DNA of 64,000 bases from Promethearchaeota archaeon (GTDB taxonomy: Archaea > Asgardarchaeota > Lokiarchaeia > Sigyniarchaeales > SOKP01), in assembly GCA_048937405.1 (NCBI GenBank), contig JBHLNF010000005.1:64001-128000 (forward strand), given 5' to 3'. This document shows positions 59,013 through 64,000 of this stretch, in pieces. The notes below the pieces were generated by a model. The model did no database searches, was not told where the DNA came from, and saw only the letters and a list, made by a program, of their open reading frames with translations. Position numbers and translations under genes: made by a program. The first letter of the stretch is position 1. The number at the start of each line of letters is the position of its first letter.

Positions 59013-59531
59013 TTACTTATTAGGTGAATAATACCAATCCCAAGGTTTTCCGACTCTCGGATCGTTGGTCTTTCCATTAATAGACTTAGGAACTATAGTT
59101 ATGTCATTCCAATCTCTTCTTTCCTCATCAGGATCACTATAATTATAGAGATTATTCACACCGTATAACATTTTTATAGGTTTTGTACCGATGGTTTTAT
59201 ATCCATGCCAAAGAATTCCTGGAACTCTTGCCACCTTAATATGTTCCTCACTTAAGACAATTTCATCTAATTCACCATATGTTGGTGAATCTTCTCTATC
59301 ATCATAAGCACATACCTTAATTGCGCCAGTAATGCAAATAAAATAATCTATTTGACCTTTTAAATGTCTATGCCATGCTCGTACAATATCAAGATAACTA
59401 AAGGATAAATTAAATTGAACGATCTTATCCTCAAATAACAAATCCTTCCAATCTTCTCTTAAAAGCTCAGAAAAAAAACCTCGTTCATCAACAAATTTTT
59501 TGATATCCTTAACAATAATACCATCAATCAT
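59013..59531 (-). CDS. rmlC: dTDP-4-dehydrorhamnose 3,5-epimerase family (cupin)
   Basis: MIDG, DERGFFSE, VRAWHRH, VPG.LWHGY; ATG 59531. Confidence 0.85.
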   Translation of the reverse strand: MIDGIIVKDIKKFVDERGFFSELLREDWKDLLFEDKIVQFNLSFSYLDIVRAWHRHLKGQIDYFICITGAIKVCAYDDREDSPTYGELDEIVLSEEHIKVARVPGILWHGYKTIGTKPIKMLYGVNNLYNYSDPDEERRDWNDITIVPKSINGKTNDPRVGKPWDWYYSPNK

Positions 59532-59724
59532 TGAGTTATATTTTTCTTTTGATGTTTTTTGCTTGTAAATTACAGTTAATAATTTAATTATATTACTGAT
59601 AAATGATAAAATTGACATTTGAAATTAAAATTAACTATTATTTTCCTAATTATTGTATAATCAATTTTTATTTAGACCAAATAATTATTTATAAGTATAC
59701 TTTTCAATCTTTTTGGTTAAGTCG

Positions 59725-60054
59725 ATGAATATTTTACTTAGTTATCCAAATATTACACATCAAGAAGCAGTATTTCCTGGAATCGGTTATCTCAGTGGTT
59801 GGCTAACAAATTAGATAATAGAGGATTGGATTTATGATTCTATAATGAATTATGAACATATAAGTGCAAAAGAAATAAAGAAAATTCGAGATAGGTTTGC
59901 ATTTAATGTATATGTGAAAATTAATTTATTAAAAGCTATTAGAACGTTGTTGCAGGGTGTTTTTTATAATAATTATATGGAAAATAGATCAAAGATACCA
60001 ATATTTCTGAGAAAATTAATACAAAGAGTTGCAAATACATTTATTTATAGTTAA
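59725..60054 (+). pseudogene. remnant of a B12-binding radical SAM gene (termini only)
   Basis: ATG 59725 reads MNILLSYP...FPGIGYLSGWL, then TAG at 59812, and continues in frame into ORF 59845; no CxxxCxxC. Confidence 0.5.
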
Positions 60055-60132
60055 CTTAAAAATTAGCTAATTCTAAAAATAATTATGAGAGTTTTATATT
60101 ACAAATTTAATTTTTAATGATGTGAAATAACA

Positions 60133-61053
60133 TTGAATAAAATTTTAATTGTTGGTGCGAGTGGACTAACTGGTTTTAAATTAGCTTACTTAGCTAAAAC
60201 TGAAAATCTTGTATCTTGTACCTATAATAATAGACCTATAGAAATCGAAAATTGTAAAATGTATAAACTTGATAAAACTAATACAGAAAAAACACTTACC
60301 GTCTTAAAGAAGGTCAATCCTGATGTAGTAATAGATTGTTCAGCATTACATAATGTAGATTATTGTGAGAAAAATGAAGCAGAGTCTAAAAAAGTTAATG
60401 TAGATGGAACAAAATTCATAGCCGAAGTTTGTAAAAAAATTAATGCGAAATTAATTTTTTTATCTACTGATTATGTGTATGATGGGATTAAGCAGTCCTA
60501 TACAGAAGAAAGTAATCCAAATCCTTTAAATATATATGGAAAGCATAAATTAGAAGCTGAAAAGGAGATAATTAAAACAGGAATTGATTATGCAATAGCT
60601 AGAACAAGTTTAGTTTTTGGATGGAATCCAAACGAATTAAAAGGATTAGTATCGAGTTCTGGAAAAACAATGAATTTTGTAATTTGGGTTTTAAATAAAC
60701 TTAGAAATGGTGAAAGTTTGAAAATTGTTTCAGATCAATATAGTACTCCAACTTTGGCGGATAATTTAGCAGAATTTTTATTAAGTCTAGCTGATTCTAA
60801 TACTACTGGCGTGTTTCACACTGTAGGTAAAGAATGCATAAGTCGATATAACTTTACAGTTAAAATCGCAGAGATATTTAATATAAATCAAGAGTTAATT
60901 ACTTCTGTTACAAGTGAAATGTTTAAACAAATAGCTAAAAGACCAATGAATTGTTGTTTAGATTCAAGTAAATCAGAACGGATACTTAAAATCAAACCAT
61001 TAACTATTGAAGAATCACTTTTAAGAATGAAAAATCAAGAAGAGGGTTTTTAG
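60133..61053 (+). CDS. rmlD: dTDP-4-dehydrorhamnose reductase family
   Basis: IVGASGLTG, NVDYCE, STDYVYDG, YGKHKL.AE, DQYSTPT, AKRP. Confidence 0.88.
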   Translation: MNKILIVGASGLTGFKLAYLAKTENLVSCTYNNRPIEIENCKMYKLDKTNTEKTLTVLKKVNPDVVIDCSALHNVDYCEKNEAESKKVNVDGTKFIAEVCKKINAKLIFLSTDYVYDGIKQSYTEESNPNPLNIYGKHKLEAEKEIIKTGIDYAIARTSLVFGWNPNELKGLVSSSGKTMNFVIWVLNKLRNGESLKIVSDQYSTPTLADNLAEFLLSLADSNTTGVFHTVGKECISRYNFTVKIAEIFNINQELITSVTSEMFKQIAKRPMNCCLDSSKSERILKIKPLTIEESLLRMKNQEEGF

Positions 61054-61171
61054 TATCTTTTTGGATTAATTTAAGAGAGTAAAATCAAATCTTATTTATT
61101 ATTAATAAAAATCCTTAATAATTTTTTTACCTTTTTTATTAAGCTTCTTTATTCCAAAGAAATTTATTATT

Positions 61172-61643
61172 TCCAATTATTTATTCAAACTTTGGCACTT
61201 TACTAAGTCCATAAATAATAAAAAAACTTATAGAAAATGTTAAAAAGATGAAATAAGAGCTATAACCCAGAAAAGATAACAAAACTCCCATGGATCAAAA
61301 AGGATATTAAGTAATTCTTCAGATGAAAATTCTATTGGTTTTCTTTCTATTATAGAAGGTATAATAATATATACAAAACAAAAGAATAGGTATGGAAACA
61401 AAATTTTCTTGAATCTTTTTTTATAAAACGTCAGTATTGAAAATTCCTCCCAGTATTTCAAAGATAAAGTAAAACCTGAAATGAATATAAAAATTGGTAC
61501 AGCCAATTGAACAATTTGATCTAAAAATTCAATAAAAGGGTTAGTTGTAGTGGCAAATTGAAAATAATATGTAAAAATATGTATTAAAATAACCTCAAAA
61601 TCGCAATTGCACGTAAGGAATTTATTTCATAAAAGTTCTCCAT
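61172..61643 (-). pseudogene. acyltransferase-3 (OafA-like) pseudogene
   Basis: ATG 61643 MENFYEINSLRAIAIL, frameshift, VILIH...AVPIFIFISGF...FYKKRF.KILFPY, stop, then C-terminal-like LSKVPKFE*IIG. Confidence 0.75.
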
Positions 61644-63070
61644 TAAATGATTTTAATCGATTTTGATCTATATAAGAATATTCCTAAGATTGGTAAAATA
61701 AGTTGATAATTCTTAACTAAAGTGTATATACTTTTAATCCACCATCTTGGATTTAGAAAGAGAATTTTATACAATTCTTTTATTTCTTTTTGTAGGTTAA
61801 GTTGGAATGGTTTATAATGATTCTTATCTAGAGGAATATCTGTGATTTTCTCTTTTAAACTTAAAATATCACTAGTCCAATTGTTTTTTATTGCTAAATC
61901 TGTAAATTCAGTTCCGTTCATTGCTAATATGATTGAAATCTGCATTAGTTCAGGTAATGTTAATTTCACAAAGTTTTTTGTTTCTTTAAGTGATCTTTTA
62001 TTTTCTCCAATATATCCCAATATCAAATTCAATTGTATAGGAATTCTCGCTTTTCTAGTCCCTCTTAAAGCTTTTATCGCTTGGTTAATCTTAATTGTTT
62101 TTTTCATATTATTTAAAATAGTTTGAGATCCTGATTCTATACCATAAGCAATCCCTATACAACCTGCCATCTTCATTATTTTTAAAAGTTTTTCATCAAC
62201 TAAGTCAACTCTAGTATCACAAAACCAATTAATTTTAAGATCCTCCTCTATCAACTTAATACAGAATTCGATTACTCTCTTTCGATTGATTGTGAATACT
62301 TGATCATAAAACCAAACGTATTTTATATTCCATAACTTTTTTAAAACTTTTAATTCTTTAACCATATCATCAGCTGAACGTCCACTATATAGAGTATTGG
62401 CATCGGGGCAATAAGCACAACTATAAGGACAGCCCTTACCTGCATAAATTAAAGCATAGGGTTTGATTAATGGAGTGTATAAATAATATGGTTTAAAAGA
62501 TTTGATTAAATCATAAGCAGGTATAGGTAATGTACTAAAATCTTTTGTTATTTTTAGGCTATTATTTACTATAAATTTATTTTTATTTACTCTAAAAGCG
62601 ATTCCTTCGAGTTTATTAAGATCTCCTTTTTTTTCTAAAATATCTATTAGATTCTCAATCACAGTAAAAGGATCATTAATTATTTGGATATCTAAATACG
62701 GAAATCCGGATAAAACTTCTGTTGGAGCATTTTTTGCAAACCAAGAATAACCTATGGTTATGCAAAGAGGGTTAATTTTTTTTACAATCTCACAGATCTT
62801 TAAATCATAACCTATTATCCATGAATTAAAAGTGAAAATTAAACAATCTGCATTCAAATGTTTTAATAAATTTCTTAAATAAAGATAATCTAAATTTAGA
62901 GCATTAGCATCAATAAAATCAATTTGATGGTTTTTAAATCTTAAAATGGAAGCTATGATCAATAATGTTGCTGGAGTATCAACACGGTAATTACAAACAA
63001 ATTCGCATCGCCCTTCACGGGTAACTGATGAACCTTTAAACTTTGGCAGATTTATAATTAATATATTCAT
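61643..63070 (-). CDS. B12-binding domain radical SAM protein
   Basis: N-terminal cobalamin-binding-like region (IDANA), GCPYSCAYC, GIESGSQ.IL. Confidence 0.88.
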   Translation of the reverse strand: MNILIINLPKFKGSSVTREGRCEFVCNYRVDTPATLLIIASILRFKNHQIDFIDANALNLDYLYLRNLLKHLNADCLIFTFNSWIIGYDLKICEIVKKINPLCITIGYSWFAKNAPTEVLSGFPYLDIQIINDPFTVIENLIDILEKKGDLNKLEGIAFRVNKNKFIVNNSLKITKDFSTLPIPAYDLIKSFKPYYLYTPLIKPYALIYAGKGCPYSCAYCPDANTLYSGRSADDMVKELKVLKKLWNIKYVWFYDQVFTINRKRVIEFCIKLIEEDLKINWFCDTRVDLVDEKLLKIMKMAGCIGIAYGIESGSQTILNNMKKTIKINQAIKALRGTRKARIPIQLNLILGYIGENKRSLKETKNFVKLTLPELMQISIILAMNGTEFTDLAIKNNWTSDILSLKEKITDIPLDKNHYKPFQLNLQKEIKELYKILFLNPRWWIKSIYTLVKNYQLILPILGIFLYRSKSIKII

Positions 63071-63189
63071 ATCTAGAATTGTTATTAATACATGATAACA
63101 TATAGATCTTGATTTAAAACTATCTATTTATTTTACAAATTTATCACGATTAAAGTATAAAGAAAAATAGAATTAATTCAAAAAAATCA

Positions 63190-63837
63190 ATGTCATATTC
63201 TAATCAACCTTTAAAGAATAATTTGATCAGTAATTATACACATGCTATTTTAACTAAAAATTTTAGAGAATTTGGCAGTCAAGTTATAATTAATGAATTT
63301 AGCCAAGTTATTGGTATAATAACTCTGAATTTTTTTAGTTTAAATAAAACAATAGAAATTCAAGATATTATAAATAATAAAATTATAAAAATTGAAAGAG
63401 AAAAAAAACCATTTTATAAGAATCAAGTTTTAAGAGATAAAACTAATAATGAAATGGGTATAATAAAAAAAAAGAGATTTTTCTCTTTAATATTAAAAAT
63501 TAATGTAAAGGATAAGAGTCGAAAAAGAAAATATATATCAGTAGGTGATTTTAAAAACTACAATTACAAAATTAATAATGTCTCAGATAATAAAACAGTA
63601 GCAATGGTTAAAGATTTTAGTGAAAAGAATTCTATAGCTCAGAATTTAAATATAAATTTAAAAAACCATTTTTATATCGAATTCTTTAATTCTAATATTA
63701 ATAAATTCCTAATTATAAGCCTTGTAATTTCTATAAACAAAAAAGTATCAAAGGTTAATTCTCTATCGAATATAACTGGTTTAACACGAAGGATTGCTCG
63801 ATTACGTCCCATTGGGCCAGGAAAATCATTTAATTAA
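63190..63837 (+). CDS. LURP-one/scramblase-like (tubby C-terminal-like) protein
   Basis: repeating beta-hairpin pattern (LRDKTNNEMGIIKKK, GDFKNYNYKI, VAMV) and C-terminal hydrophobic helix FLIISLVISI. Confidence 0.55.
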   Translation: MSYSNQPLKNNLISNYTHAILTKNFREFGSQVIINEFSQVIGIITLNFFSLNKTIEIQDIINNKIIKIEREKKPFYKNQVLRDKTNNEMGIIKKKRFFSLILKINVKDKSRKRKYISVGDFKNYNYKINNVSDNKTVAMVKDFSEKNSIAQNLNINLKNHFYIEFFNSNINKFLIISLVISINKKVSKVNSLSNITGLTRRIARLRPIGPGKSFN

Positions 63838-64000
63838 TATAATATTTATGAACTTAATTTTTTTTCTATCTGCATAATTTCTTTTGCTAATTAATCAAAA
63901 TATGGAGCATAATGTACTGATAAATCTCCAAAATAAGAATAAGTAATATTAAATAATGTAATGTTATAAAATTTAGGCAATAAGATATTTTTAGTAAAAT

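Noticed and set aside
188-62126. Short ORFs antisense to or nested in long genes (e.g. 188-424, 2063-2386, 3073-3285, 7577-7853, 31882-32151, 33754-34035, 41391-41902, 61842-62126)
   Set aside because: Shadow ORFs of well-supported genes, with no motifs
1-64000. tRNA, rRNA, CRISPR arrays, transposases, integrases
   Set aside because: No GC-rich structured RNA-length segments, regularly spaced repeats or recombinase motifs were seen by eye; tRNAscan-SE and Infernal would be needed to exclude small RNAs

Overview
Very AT-rich archaeal DNA, most likely an Asgard (Lokiarchaeia-like) chromosome. This is inferred from the archaeal-type PheRS, PPAT, IleRS and DUF1512, the SCP2/acyl-CoA ligase genes and a ubiquitin-system-like protein; no rRNA marker is present. 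Bases 1-11 kb hold housekeeping and lipid genes: SCP2-ligase-SCP2, DUF1512, coaD, pheS-pheT-pheA and a bacterial-type RNase PH. About 11-63 kb is a large surface-glycan island: GT4, GT2 and GT-C transferases, a TagF-like polyol-phosphate transferase, two ABC-2 exporters, several methyltransferases, a PAPS (sat/cysC) operon, an operon joining the non-oxidative pentose phosphate pathway to heptose synthesis, scattered rml genes and several decayed genes. ileS and one ubiquitin-system-like gene interrupt the island. Best candidates for new biology: (1) a 560-aa protein with four tandem catalytically dead E2/RWD-like domains and a C-terminal C4HC3 RING, a FANCL-like E3 architecture (45397-47079); (2) a GT4-ABC exporter-kinase/methyltransferase operon resembling WbdD-type glycan capping and export; (3) a tandem pair of ParB/Srx-methyltransferase fusions with reciprocal active-site decay; (4) an HldE-like pseudokinase; (5) four genes whose conserved N-termini need ATT, CTG or other non-standard starts. 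No tRNA, rRNA, CRISPR array or transposase was recognised. All family calls come from motif recognition by eye, not database searches.
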